Below, piece by piece: positions 47,091 through 57,202 of a DNA stretch of 64,000 nt. The first letter of the stretch is position 1, and every line of letters starts with the position of its first letter. The DNA is from an uncultured Eubacteriales bacterium (GTDB taxonomy: Bacteria > Bacillota > Clostridia > Oscillospirales > Acutalibacteraceae): assembly GCA_949296825.1 (NCBI GenBank), contig CASFQZ010000085.1, positions 6,822 through 70,821 of the forward strand. Reading direction: 5' to 3'. The notes under the pieces are model-generated. The model made no database searches. It saw only the letters and a program-made list of their open reading frames with translations, and was not told where the DNA came from. A program made the position numbers and the translations under genes.

Positions 47091-48431
47091 CTAAATTTTA
47101 ATAAACCCGCTGATCAGATCGGAAATTTCAATACCAAAATCGGCGCCGTAATTGGTGATCAGCGCAAGATAATGCTGATTGTCGTCGGAATAAATCATAT
47201 TTTCACGCATCTGTTCTTCTGAGAACTGTCGGGTGCTTCCCTGTATCCAATCAATGCAAAACAGCATATGGGAAGTATTGCCGTTTTCATCTATCTGATA
47301 AAAGCGCAGCCGCTGGAGCTTCAAATCCTTGACTACGCAGACCTTGCCGCTCCAATCATCGGGAATTTCAAAATAATATCCCCAGTCCGACAGAGACAAA
47401 TAGCGATAGGCAGGCACCATATCGCCGGAGGAAAACCGGCTCCAGACGGTGACATACAAATCTTCGGAAACCGCGTTGTCCCGGTCAATCGCCGCACTGC
47501 CCGGCAACAGGGAATAAGAGGGAATCTCGATATACCCGTCACGATTGATATCAGAACAAATATCCGTACCAGGCCGGAGAGAAAAAGCGGCAACATCTTC
47601 ATCATGCACAGAGGGCGCTCGCAAACGCAAATCGGAGGCTGAGATTTCCAGAAGCTCCGTGATCCGGTGCGTCTCGCTGACGACGCCGTCCAGATACAGA
47701 CGACAAATCGAACCCTCATAATCATGGCAGATATTGGCGTATGAAGTAACCGACGGATCCAGGACCATTTCGCTGACCAGCTCAATTTGCTGGTGGCTTG
47801 CATGATAATCAAACAGCCTGCCGGACGCCAGATAGCTGTCCCCCGCCGCCTCAATGACAGCCAAAAACAGCTCCGCGCTGCCGTCCGCGTCTGCGTCGAG
47901 AATATGAAACGCCGTATACAATTCATTGATCATGGACACCACACCGGAGTCGGACGAATACTGTCCATAAACGGAAAGATACTGATTGCTCTTACTTTCC
48001 GGGATCTGCCAGGTTACCAGGATCTCATCCCTGCCATTACCGTCTATATCAGCGAAAGTAAGCGACGCAACGTCACTTCCGCTGCCGACGGTATCACCAA
48101 CTGAAAACCAAACGCCCTCCTGATCGGTGTCAAGAATATTCATATGGACCGAATCGCTGCTTTGCAGCGCATAAAAAGCAATGCACTCATTGACAAGATC
48201 ATTGTCCAGATCCCGATAAACAAATGCCGACGAATATTCTCCGCTCAGCGGTGTTTTTAGTATAATCGGCTCTCCCACGCTCTGATCCAGCGATTGCTGC
48301 ACTTGCAAATTAACGCCGGTCAGCTTCGGCGCTCGAATCAGACTGTCCACCGCAGCGAGCCGCGTCGTACAGGAAGTGCAAAGCAGGAGAACGCAAAGAA
48401 GAATGGCAAGGATTGAGAGCTTTTGTTTCAT
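47091..48431 (-). CDS. Lipoprotein with FG-GAP/VCBS-like calcium-binding repeats, function unknown
   Basis: Signal peptide plus lipobox (LLLCTSC). Repeated DxDxDG-like motifs: DIDGNGRDE, DADADGSAE, DINRDGYIE, DLDNDLVNE. Confidence 0.6.
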   Translation of the reverse strand: MKQKLSILAILLCVLLLCTSCTTRLAAVDSLIRAPKLTGVNLQVQQSLDQSVGEPIILKTPLSGEYSSAFVYRDLDNDLVNECIAFYALQSSDSVHMNILDTDQEGVWFSVGDTVGSGSDVASLTFADIDGNGRDEILVTWQIPESKSNQYLSVYGQYSSDSGVVSMINELYTAFHILDADADGSAELFLAVIEAAGDSYLASGRLFDYHASHQQIELVSEMVLDPSVTSYANICHDYEGSICRLYLDGVVSETHRITELLEISASDLRLRAPSVHDEDVAAFSLRPGTDICSDINRDGYIEIPSYSLLPGSAAIDRDNAVSEDLYVTVWSRFSSGDMVPAYRYLSLSDWGYYFEIPDDWSGKVCVVKDLKLQRLRFYQIDENGNTSHMLFCIDWIQGSTRQFSEEQMRENMIYSDDNQHYLALITNYGADFGIEISDLISGFIKI

Positions 48432-48452
48432 TTGCGTCCTCCGTTTTATGGT

Positions 48453-49856
48453 TTATTCTGCGTTCTGTGACTGCGAAGCGGCAACGGTCGTTTGCACCTC
48501 TCCGGTAATTTCGACAGAGATTTCATACGCTCCGACACACCAGCAGTCATTCTGTGTCCGCACAAAAAGAGAAATCGGGACCGTATGAGTTCCTGCCGTC
48601 AGCTGCATACCGGCATAATCGGCTTCCGCGTAAATATCCGCCGCACTGATCATTTCGAGCGACTCCTGCGGACCGATGACTCTCACATGGTAGGATGCAG
48701 GGGGATATTCCGCCTGCAGTCCCGTCGCAAGGTTTACGGATGTCACGCCGGACAGCTCAATATCAAATTCTCTGGAAGACAATTGCGACGCATCGATATG
48801 GACAGTAATTTCCTTGAGAGAATCGTCAAGGAATTTTACATTTTCCAACGCGTCGGTTTGGAAGGTAAATGTATTGGAGCTGTTATTGATTTCGGCAAAA
48901 TCGATTTCACCTACGGACAATGTCTGTGTAGAATCGGCAATATCCGCATTCAGCGCGACGGTAACCGTTGACGGTTCAATGGTTTGCGGCAGCGGCTGAT
49001 CGATATAGGCAATCGGCTGATGGAGAAAAGCAACGCTGACCGGCAAGGTCACGATTTTTTTGACAAGCATCGTGACGGTCACATCCTCGACGGTACAGGT
49101 GCAGTAATTCGGACTGGCGCCGTTTTCTGTCAGCATATAAATCTGCGCCGGCGATGTTGTCGTAGCGGTCAGGGACGCCTCATTCTCCACGCGAGCAACG
49201 ACACGGCTGATCTTATTGACCTCGGTGGCAGGACCGCGAACGGTCACCGTACTGACCGAAAGAATCGGCGTATCCAGCAAATACCCGTCGGCAACCGGCT
49301 CGACCCCCTCCGGGAACAGAATATCCGGCTCCAGCGTAAAAGTCGCTTCTTTCAGCGTATCAAAATAGATGGAGATCGTTTCACGGGATATGCTGACAAC
49401 CTGCACATCGGAAGATGAATCCAGAATCTCATAGCGAAGCCCCAGCTCTTTCTGTCCGGCGGAATCCACATAATTCAAATTCGCAGAAACACGCAGGTCG
49501 CCGGCGTTAAACATGGTCTCGCTGACCTGATATTTCGGACCGCGAACCACCACGTCTACATAAAATTCCGTTTCTCCAAAAGGCTGCAAGCCCAGACGTT
49601 CCGGAGTGCTGTCCGTCAAATCGATGCTGACGGGCACGCCGGTAATGGTGCGCTCCACCTCCGGGCTGGCATAAACGGAAACAACGCACCAGAGCACAAA
49701 AGCCATAACAGCGGAAAAACCGAATACCACGCGGTTATTCTCGGTCAGAGCACGAAAAGAAAATCTATTTTTCTGTGTTTTCTTTTTCTTCTGCGGGTCC
49801 TTCTTCGTCGGCTCGTTCTCCGGCGTTTTCGGATCCGTTGTCGCTGTTTTCGACAT
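48453..49856 (-). CDS. cdaR: YbbR-domain protein CdaR (regulator of diadenylate cyclase)
   Basis: ATG 49856 lies 8 nt after AAAGGAGGTG. N-terminal TM segment and repeated YbbR-like beta domains. Sits directly after cdaA. Confidence 0.8.
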   Translation of the reverse strand: MSKTATTDPKTPENEPTKKDPQKKKKTQKNRFSFRALTENNRVVFGFSAVMAFVLWCVVSVYASPEVERTITGVPVSIDLTDSTPERLGLQPFGETEFYVDVVVRGPKYQVSETMFNAGDLRVSANLNYVDSAGQKELGLRYEILDSSSDVQVVSISRETISIYFDTLKEATFTLEPDILFPEGVEPVADGYLLDTPILSVSTVTVRGPATEVNKISRVVARVENEASLTATTTSPAQIYMLTENGASPNYCTCTVEDVTVTMLVKKIVTLPVSVAFLHQPIAYIDQPLPQTIEPSTVTVALNADIADSTQTLSVGEIDFAEINNSSNTFTFQTDALENVKFLDDSLKEITVHIDASQLSSREFDIELSGVTSVNLATGLQAEYPPASYHVRVIGPQESLEMISAADIYAEADYAGMQLTAGTHTVPISLFVRTQNDCWCVGAYEISVEITGEVQTTVAASQSQNAE

Positions 49857-50739
49857 GAGCGGCACCTCCTTTGGAAAACAGTTTTTTTATTTTAGTAGAA
49901 AGGGTCGAAGGCGTCGCCGGGGTCGGCACCAGATACTCAAGCAGCATCTGCCGCAGCTCACTGTCGGTAATTCCGCGTTTGAGTACACCGTCGGCGGCGA
50001 CGGAAATAATGCCGGTTTCCTCGCTGGTTACCACAACGATCGCGTCCGAGCTGCGGCTAACCTCCAATGCGGCGCGGTGGCGTGTGCCGACCTTATCATG
50101 CACGACAATATCATTTTTTAATGAAACAATACAGCGAGCCGCAATGACTCTGCCATCCTTGATGATGATGGCGCCGTCATGCAGCGCGGAATTTGGAAAG
50201 AAAATGCTGCAAAGCATTTCCGTGGTCACCTTTGCGTCCACAGCAACGCCGGAGCGCTCCAGCTCTCCCAAATTGGATCGGCGCTGAAAGACCATCAATG
50301 AACCAATCTTATCCCGGCTCATGGAATCGCAGGCGCGAACCGTCGCATTGATTGCGTCGGTCAAAATCGCGTCCTCACCCGACGTATCGGAAAAGGAAAA
50401 AATATTCTTAAAACGGCTCTGACCCATATGCTCCAGCGCCTGGCGGATCTCGGTGCCGAAAATAATTACAATAATCAGCAGCATATCATTGATCAGATAG
50501 TCAAAAATCATCTTGCTGGTGTTCATTTGGGCGGCGACGACCACGGCATAAACAACCGCCAGCCAGAAAATGCCCTTAATGATATGCACCGATTGTGTTT
50601 TGCGCAGTTGAATGATCAGCGCATAAATAATGACCGCAACCAAAAGGACATCCAACAAATCGGAAATGGAATCAAAGCCGGAAAGAATGCTGCCGACTTC
50701 GGCAAAAAACGTGGAAATCGCCGTTTTTATTGCTTCCAT
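49765..50739 (-). CDS. cdaA: Diadenylate cyclase CdaA
   Basis: Three N-terminal TM segments. DAC domain motifs ALHDGAIII and GTRHRAA. TAG stop at 49765-49767. Confidence 0.9.
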   Translation of the reverse strand: MEAIKTAISTFFAEVGSILSGFDSISDLLDVLLVAVIIYALIIQLRKTQSVHIIKGIFWLAVVYAVVVAAQMNTSKMIFDYLINDMLLIIVIIFGTEIRQALEHMGQSRFKNIFSFSDTSGEDAILTDAINATVRACDSMSRDKIGSLMVFQRRSNLGELERSGVAVDAKVTTEMLCSIFFPNSALHDGAIIIKDGRVIAARCIVSLKNDIVVHDKVGTRHRAALEVSRSSDAIVVVTSEETGIISVAADGVLKRGITDSELRQMLLEYLVPTPATPSTLSTKIKKLFSKGGAAHVENSDNGSENAGERADEEGPAEEKENTEK

Positions 50740-50773
50740 TCAATCACCCCAAGCGTTTTCTGAATCGATAAAA

Positions 50774-51253
50774 TCAAGCGGAGAAAATCAACGCGACACT
50801 GTGCGCGGCAATCCCCTCACCGCTGCCGGTAAAGCCCAGCTTTTCTTCGGTCGTTGCCTTAATATTGATGCGCTGCGGATCGACAAGACAGGCACCGGCA
50901 ATGTTTTTTTGCATTTGCGGCAGATATTCCATCAATTTTGGCTTTTGCGCAATCACCGTCGCATCCACATTGCCAACACGATAGCCGCTTTTTTGCACCA
51001 AGGCAACTACCTGCCGCAGAAGCACAAGACTGTCAGCCCCTTTATATGCGGGATCGCTGTCGGGAAAATGCTGACCGATGTCACCAAGGCCGCAGGCGCC
51101 GAGCAAAGAATCACTGATTGCATGAAGCAGCACATCGGCATCCGAATGCCCCAATAATCCAAGAGCATAGGGAATCTGCACGCCGCCGAGAATCAGAGCC
51201 CGCCCTTCGCAAAGGCGATGAACATCATACCCATGACCGATCCGAATATCCAT
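50774..51253 (-). CDS. ispF: 2-C-methyl-D-erythritol 2,4-cyclodiphosphate synthase
   Basis: [14 protein letters not shown] and [11 protein letters not shown] motifs. Confidence 0.9.
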   Translation of the reverse strand: MDIRIGHGYDVHRLCEGRALILGGVQIPYALGLLGHSDADVLLHAISDSLLGACGLGDIGQHFPDSDPAYKGADSLVLLRQVVALVQKSGYRVGNVDATVIAQKPKLMEYLPQMQKNIAGACLVDPQRINIKATTEEKLGFTGSGEGIAAHSVALIFSA

Positions 51254-51268
51254 TTTAAGCAACCTCTT

Positions 51269-52525
51269 TTATTCGCTGCAGGCGACACGCACCGCCGCGC
51301 AGAGAATCTCGGCGCAGATTTTCAATTCCTCCACCGACGGGAAGGTCGGCGCGATGCGGATATTTTTATCCTCGGGGTCTACGCCATGCGGATAAGTCGC
51401 TCCGACCGGTGTCAGTGTCAGACCAGCCTCTTTGCACAGCTCTCCGACCCGTCTGGCAGAACCCTGCTCCACATAAAGACTAATGAAATACCCGCCGCGC
51501 GGATGGGTCCAGCGGGCAATACCCAGCCCGCCAAGCTCTTTTTCCAGAATATCCAGCACCGCTTCAAATTTTGGGCGAATGATCGCGGCATGGCGCTTCA
51601 TCTGTGCTTTTACATCGTCCATATCGCGCAGCACCCGGGAGTGGCGCAGCTGATTCAGCTTATCATAGCTGATGATCTGCGAGGTCAGTCTCTTTTTGAT
51701 CTCGGCAATGTTTCGCTCGGAGGCGGCAATTGCCGCGACGCCGGCGCCGGGGAAGGTGATTTTGGAGGTAGAGGCGAATTCGATGAAATTGTCTTCATGT
51801 CCATGTTTTTCCGCCTCAGAAAAAATTTCAAGCAGAGAATCCGTCTCGTCATATAAATCATGTACTACATAAGCGTTGTCGTAAATCACGCGAAAATCCC
51901 GCGCCGCCGGTTCCATTTTTGCCAAACGGCGTACCGTTTCGGCGGAATATGTATATCCGTCAGGGTTGGAATATTTCGGAACGCAGAACATGCCTTTTAC
52001 ACTGGGGTCTTTAATGATCTCTTCGACCATATCCATATCCGGACCGTCCTCATGGATCGGCACATTGACCAATTCAATTCCATAATACTCTGCAAGAGAG
52101 AAATGCCGGTCATAACCGGGGACGACGGCAATAAATTTGATCTTATCCTGCCGGCACCAAGGCTTGTCGCCGCAGCCGTGGATCATACACTGTCCGATAT
52201 AATCAAACATCAACGTCAGGCTTGCGTTGCCGCAGACGATCACATTTTCCTTCTTCACGCCGAGGATATCGGCAAACAGCTGTCTTGTTTCACTGATTCC
52301 CAAAAGTCCGCCGTAATTGCGGCAGTCGGTGCCGTCTTCACTTTTATAATGCTGCTCATCCACCGAATGGTAAAGCGCGTCGGACAGACAAAGCTGTTCC
52401 GGACCGGGTTTTCCGCGGGACATATCAATTTTTAAGCCTTTCGATTTATACGCCTGATAATCCGCCAGTGCCTTTTGATGAAAGGCGTCTTTCTCCGGCT
52501 GGGTCCATTGCGAAAACTGTTTCAT
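51269..52525 (-). CDS. PLP-dependent aminotransferase, class I/II fold
   Basis: 418 aa, aspartate/aromatic aminotransferase-like. Candidate PLP-lysine region STSKITFPGAGV. Confidence 0.75.
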   Translation of the reverse strand: MKQFSQWTQPEKDAFHQKALADYQAYKSKGLKIDMSRGKPGPEQLCLSDALYHSVDEQHYKSEDGTDCRNYGGLLGISETRQLFADILGVKKENVIVCGNASLTLMFDYIGQCMIHGCGDKPWCRQDKIKFIAVVPGYDRHFSLAEYYGIELVNVPIHEDGPDMDMVEEIIKDPSVKGMFCVPKYSNPDGYTYSAETVRRLAKMEPAARDFRVIYDNAYVVHDLYDETDSLLEIFSEAEKHGHEDNFIEFASTSKITFPGAGVAAIAASERNIAEIKKRLTSQIISYDKLNQLRHSRVLRDMDDVKAQMKRHAAIIRPKFEAVLDILEKELGGLGIARWTHPRGGYFISLYVEQGSARRVGELCKEAGLTLTPVGATYPHGVDPEDKNIRIAPTFPSVEELKICAEILCAAVRVACSE

Positions 52526-52576
52526 GAGTCATTCTCCTACATCGTTTTTTTATTTCAAAATTTTTTGAAAACATGG

Positions 52577-53959
52577 TTATTCGGCGCTGCCGGTGGTGCG
52601 AGGGAACGGCAGCACATCGCGGATATTGGCGATACCGGTCAAATACATAATCAGCCGCTCAAAGCCCAGACCGAAGCCCGCATGGCGGGTAGAGCCGTAG
52701 CGACGCAGATCAAGATAGCGGGTATAGTCTTCCGGGTTTAACCCGCATTCTTCCATCCTGCGAAGCAGCTGGGGAAGCCGCTCTTCTCTCTGACTTCCGC
52801 CAATCAGCTCGCCGATCCCGGGCACCAGGCAATCCATGGCGGCAACGGTTTTTTCATCGTCGTTCAAGCGCATATAAAACGCCTTGATCTCTTTGGGATA
52901 GTCGGTCACAAAAACCGGACGGCGGCAAAGCGTTTCACTGAGGTATCGCTCGTGCTCCGTTTGAAGATCACAGCCCCAGAAGACAGGATATTGGAACGCG
53001 GCGCCGCATTTTTTAAGAGACTCGATTGCTTCGGTATAGCTGATATGCGCAAATTCCGTGCGCTCACAGACCATAAGCCGCTCCAAAAGACCGGGGCTGA
53101 CGCGCTGGTCCAAAAACGCCAGATCCGCTTCGCACGCCGTAAGACAATGTCGAACCACCGAGCGAACCAACGCCTCCGCCAGATGACGGTCGTCCGTCAG
53201 ATCAGCGAACGCCATCTCCGGCTCAATCATCCAGAATTCAGCGGCATGACGCTGCGTATAAGACCGTTCCGCACGAAAAGTCGGACCAAAGGTGTAAATT
53301 TTGCCAAGGCTCTGCGCCATCATTTCCCCTTCGAGTTGCCCGGACACCGTCAGAAACGCCGGCTTTTCAAAAAAATCAGAAGAAAAGTCCGGACAAGGCG
53401 CATTTTTGTCCGTCGGATTCAGCGTGGTTACTCGAAACATTTCCCCGGCGCCTTCGCAGTCGCTGACCGTAATGATCGGTGTATGGACATAATAAAACCC
53501 GCGCTCATGGAAAAAGGAATGGATCGCAAAAGCCGCTTCGCTGCGGATACGGAACGCTGCGCCAAACAGATTAGTCCTGCCGCGCAGATGCCCGACCGAA
53601 CGAAGAAATTCCACCGAATGGCGTTTCTTTTGCAAGGGATAATCCGATGCACTCGCGCCTTCAATGGAAACCGACTGCGCTTGCAATTCAAAGGGCTGGC
53701 GTGCATCAGGCGTCAATTTCAAAATACCGGTAACACAAAGCGACGCGCCGACATGGCAGGCGGTGATGGCATCAAAATTCGGCAGATTGTTTTCATCCAG
53801 AACAACCTGCAAAGAGCCGAAGCAGCTGCCGTCATTCAGCTCAGCAAAGCCAACCGCAGAAAAAGTACGGATGGTCCGCACCCAGCCCGCCGCCGTTATG
53901 GTTTTTTCGCCGAGCTCCGCGCTGTTCCGATAGATTTCCGCTATTGTCACCCGCTGCAT
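52577..53959 (-). CDS. asnS: Asparagine--tRNA ligase
   Basis: OB anticodon-binding N-terminus (GWVRTIR). Class II motifs FRAE, GELIGGSQRE and GFGLGFERL. ATG 53983 is an alternative start. Confidence 0.9.
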   Translation of the reverse strand: MQRVTIAEIYRNSAELGEKTITAAGWVRTIRTFSAVGFAELNDGSCFGSLQVVLDENNLPNFDAITACHVGASLCVTGILKLTPDARQPFELQAQSVSIEGASASDYPLQKKRHSVEFLRSVGHLRGRTNLFGAAFRIRSEAAFAIHSFFHERGFYYVHTPIITVSDCEGAGEMFRVTTLNPTDKNAPCPDFSSDFFEKPAFLTVSGQLEGEMMAQSLGKIYTFGPTFRAERSYTQRHAAEFWMIEPEMAFADLTDDRHLAEALVRSVVRHCLTACEADLAFLDQRVSPGLLERLMVCERTEFAHISYTEAIESLKKCGAAFQYPVFWGCDLQTEHERYLSETLCRRPVFVTDYPKEIKAFYMRLNDDEKTVAAMDCLVPGIGELIGGSQREERLPQLLRRMEECGLNPEDYTRYLDLRRYGSTRHAGFGLGFERLIMYLTGIANIRDVLPFPRTTGSAE

Positions 53960-54137
53960 ACCGATCGCTGCGCTCCTTCTCATATAAATCGTCTTATTAA
54001 CAACTAATCATATCATATTTTGCTCGTTAATGCAAGACTTTTGCGTTCCTGCTTCGGTAAGTTTTACCAAAAATTCATGTTCCTTCTTTACTTCCGGACG
54101 CGGGATGTGTATACTGATAGGCGAAAGGAATGAGCCT

Positions 54138-54674
54138 ATGGATTTCACAGAAAAAACGGTAAAGGAAAATCTGATTTTTGATGGCAGGATTCTCCATTTA
54201 TACAAGGATGACATTGCTCTGCCCAACGGACATCCTGCATTCCGTGAATACATTAAGCATCAGGGAGCGGTCTGCGTGGTTCCTCTGACGGAAGCAAATG
54301 AAGTAATTCTAGTGGAACAATATCGCTATCCAATGAAATGTCTGACCCTGGAAGTACCCGCCGGAAAGATCGATCCCGGCGAAACACCGCTGCAGGGCGC
54401 GATACGGGAGCTGGAAGAGGAGACCGGTCTCAGGGGCGGCAATCTTCGCCCCATCGGTGAACTATATACCAGTCCTGCTATTTTAACGGAAGTGATTCAT
54501 ATGTATATTGCCACCGGCTTTACCGGCGGCGATCAGCATCCGGACGAGGATGAATTTGTCCGTATTGTCACTTTGCCGCTTGCAGAGGTTGTGCAAAAAA
54601 TTCTCACCGGCGAGATCAGGGACGCGAAAACCCAGGCGGCAATCCTGAAAACAGCGATGCTCTTACAACAGTAA
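54138..54674 (+). CDS. ADP-ribose pyrophosphatase-type Nudix hydrolase
   Basis: Nudix box GKIDPGETPLQGAIRELEEETG. Start at ATG 54138 (MDFTEKTVKENLIFDGRIL). Confidence 0.85.
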   Translation: MDFTEKTVKENLIFDGRILHLYKDDIALPNGHPAFREYIKHQGAVCVVPLTEANEVILVEQYRYPMKCLTLEVPAGKIDPGETPLQGAIRELEEETGLRGGNLRPIGELYTSPAILTEVIHMYIATGFTGGDQHPDEDEFVRIVTLPLAEVVQKILTGEIRDAKTQAAILKTAMLLQQ

Positions 54675-54686
54675 AATACCCGCGCA

Positions 54687-54720
54687 GACAAAAGACCACC
54701 CAGACGGATGGTCTTTTGTC
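54687..54720. terminator. Bidirectional hairpin terminator between the convergent Nudix gene and the feo operon
   Basis: Perfect 12-bp stem GACAAAAGACCA / TGGTCTTTTGTC with a 10-nt loop. Confidence 0.6.
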
Positions 54721-54736
54721 GTATCAGGGATATGGG

Positions 54737-54952
54737 TTAAGAGGATTTGTCGTTTTGTTCCGAGGAATGGCAGAGTCCTGCCGAAGGGCAGCTGCCGCAA
54801 TCGCCGCCGCAGCTGCATATCCGTTTTCCTTTTTTCCTCCTGCGAATCAGATAAATGACAATCCCGGCAACCACAGCGGCAAGGAGCAGCAAAACGATCC
54901 AGGAGGAAGTATTCATCACTGCCAGGGGCAGAACAGAAAGAATATGCATCAT
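54737..54952 (-). CDS. FeoB-associated Cys-rich small membrane protein
   Basis: One TM segment, a basic stretch RRRKKGK, then CSCGGDCGSCPSAGLC. Sits directly downstream of feoB. Start uncertain (54952, 54949 or 54916). Confidence 0.6.
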   Translation of the reverse strand: MMHILSVLPLAVMNTSSWIVLLLLAAVVAGIVIYLIRRRKKGKRICSCGGDCGSCPSAGLCHSSEQNDKSS

Positions 54953-54964
54953 AAGATCCCTCTT

Positions 54965-57139
54965 TTATTTCGCCGCCGCTTCAACCGACCGGAGGCGATT
55001 TTCATTTTTCGGCTGATAGCCCCTGCGAAGAAGCATATAGACCAGGAGAACCAGAGCCGCCAGCGCGAGCACCGTTCCGACGCCGAAGGTGACTTCACCG
55101 ATCACCAAGCCGACCAGCTGATAGATGATCAGGGAAGAAATATATGCAAAGGCGCACATATATCCGATGGCAGCCGCCGTCCACTTGGCGTTGTTCATTT
55201 CCCGCCTGATGGCGCCCATCGCCGCAAAGCAGGGCGCACAAAGCAAATTGAAAATCATGAAGCTGTACGCTGAAAGCTGCGTAAAGTCGCCGGACGCGGC
55301 AAGCGTCGCCCAAATTTCCTCGCCGTTTTCAGAAAGCTCGCCGACATAATTATACAGCACCGCAAAGGTAGACACAACATTTTCTTTTGCAATCAGACCG
55401 GTAAAGGTAGCGACGGCAGCCTGCCAGGTCCCGAAGCCGAGGGGGGCAAACAGCCAGTCGATCCCGCTGCCGATGGCTGCCAGCAGAGAGGAGTTATTAT
55501 CCGGTACCATACCGAATTTTCCGTCGGCAAAACCGAAGCCCTGCAAGAACCAAAGGATGATCGAGGAAAGCAGGATAACCGTTCCGGCGCGCTTGATAAA
55601 GGACCAGGCGCGCTCCCAGGTAACGCGCAGAACATTGCCGAACCGCGGCAAATGGTAAGCGGGAAGCTCCATAACAAAGGGCGCGGGTTCCCCGGCGAAC
55701 GCTCTGGTTTTTTTCAAAATAATACCGGAAATAATGATGGCTGCCACGCCGATGAAATAGGCGGAAACCGCCACCAGACCTGAATTGCCGAACAGCGCGC
55801 CGGCGAAAAGACCGATGATCGGCATCTTAGCGCCGCAGGGGACAAAACAGGTGGTCATAATTGTCATTTTACGGTCCCGATCCTGCTCAATGGTACGGGA
55901 CGCCATCACGCCGGGCACGCCGCAGCCGGAGCCGATGAGCATCGGGATAAAGCTCTTACCGGACAAGCCAAAATGGCGGAAGATCCGGTCCATAATAAAG
56001 GCGACCCGTGCCATGTAACCGATATCCTCCAAAATCGCCAGGAAGATAAACAGCACGATCATCTGCGGCACAAAACCGAGGACCGCGCCAACGCCGCCGA
56101 CGATACCGTCCACAAGAAGTCCGACGAGCCAATCGGCAATATTCATACCAGTCAGCCAATCACCCAGCCCACCCTGGATCCAGCCGGCGAAAAGCGTATC
56201 GTTCGTCCAGTCGGTCAGGAAGGTGCCCAACGGTCCCATGGAAACCCAATAGACCACTGCCATGACAACCACAAAAATCGGCAGCGCGGCAAATCGGTTG
56301 GTGACGACGCGGTCGATTTTATCCGATATGGTCGTCTTGCCCTGGCTTTTCTTTTTGTAAACACCTTGCAGCAAGGAGGTGATATAGTCATACCGCGCGG
56401 ATGTAACTATGGATTCCGAATCATCATCCGCCGCCTGCTCCACAGCATCAATTTGCTGCTCGATTTCTTTGGACAAGGCGTCCGACAGCTGAAGCTGCGC
56501 CAGCACCTTTTCATCCCGCTCAAAGAGCTTAATCGCATACCAACGGCGATTTTGTCCGTTTACAGCAGGAACAGACGAGATCATCTCTTCCAGCGACGAA
56601 AGCGCAGCGGAAAGATTTCCGGAAAACAGGTTTTGCATTCTCGGTGCAGAATGTCCTACTTGATTTTTAACCGCAGCGATTGCTTCCCGGACTCCGGTCC
56701 CCTTTACAGCGGAAATCTCCATAACGGGAATTCCGATCTTCTTTGAGAGCGCCCTGCAATCAATAGAATCGCCGCGGCTGCTCACAATATCCATCATATT
56801 GATTGCCATCACCATGGGGATGCCCAGCTCCGCCAGCTGTGTGGACAGATAGAGGTTGCGTTCCAGATTCGTGCCGTCAACAATATTCAATATCACATCC
56901 GGGCTGTCAGAAATCAGATAATCCCGCGCGACCACTTCTTCCAGCGTATAGGGAGAAAGGGACTAGATGCCGGGCAGGTCTGTTATTGTGATTTCCTTAT
57001 CCCACTTGATTTTACCTTCTTTTTTTTCAACCGTAACACCGGGCCAATTGCCTACATACTGATTGGCGCCGGTCAGCGCATTAAACAGCGTCGTTTTGCC
57101 GCAGTTAGGATTGCCCGCCAGCGCGACTTTTATACCCAT
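54965..57139 (-). pseudogene. feoB: Ferrous iron transporter FeoB, interrupted by an in-frame TAG at codon 59
   Basis: My translation from ATG 57139 (RBS GGAAGGAG) reads [75 protein letters not shown]. It then continues in the same frame into track ORF 54965..56935. 2175 nt is exactly 725 codons. Confidence 0.85.
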
Positions 57140-57171
57140 ATTCAGAACTCCTTCCGTACTTGCGCATTTTG

Positions 57172-57185
57172 TTAGTTTAAACTAA
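57172..57185. promoter_or_regulatory. TTAG-N6-CTAA palindrome C (candidate operator) between feoA2 and feoB
   Basis: GTTAGTTTAAACTAAC is a perfect 16-bp palindrome at 57171-57186. Confidence 0.4.
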
Positions 57186-57202
57186 CTATTTAAGTAAAAA
57201 AA

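Noticed and set aside
56963-56965. The TAG in feoB as programmed recoding (pyrrolysine or a reassigned stop).
   Set aside because: TAG terminates at least three well-supported genes in this window (cdaA, the lipoprotein gene, mfd). The position corresponds to a conserved Tyr one nucleotide away from TAG. No pyl genes or PYLIS-like context are visible. A nonsense mutation or a sequencing error is the simpler explanation.
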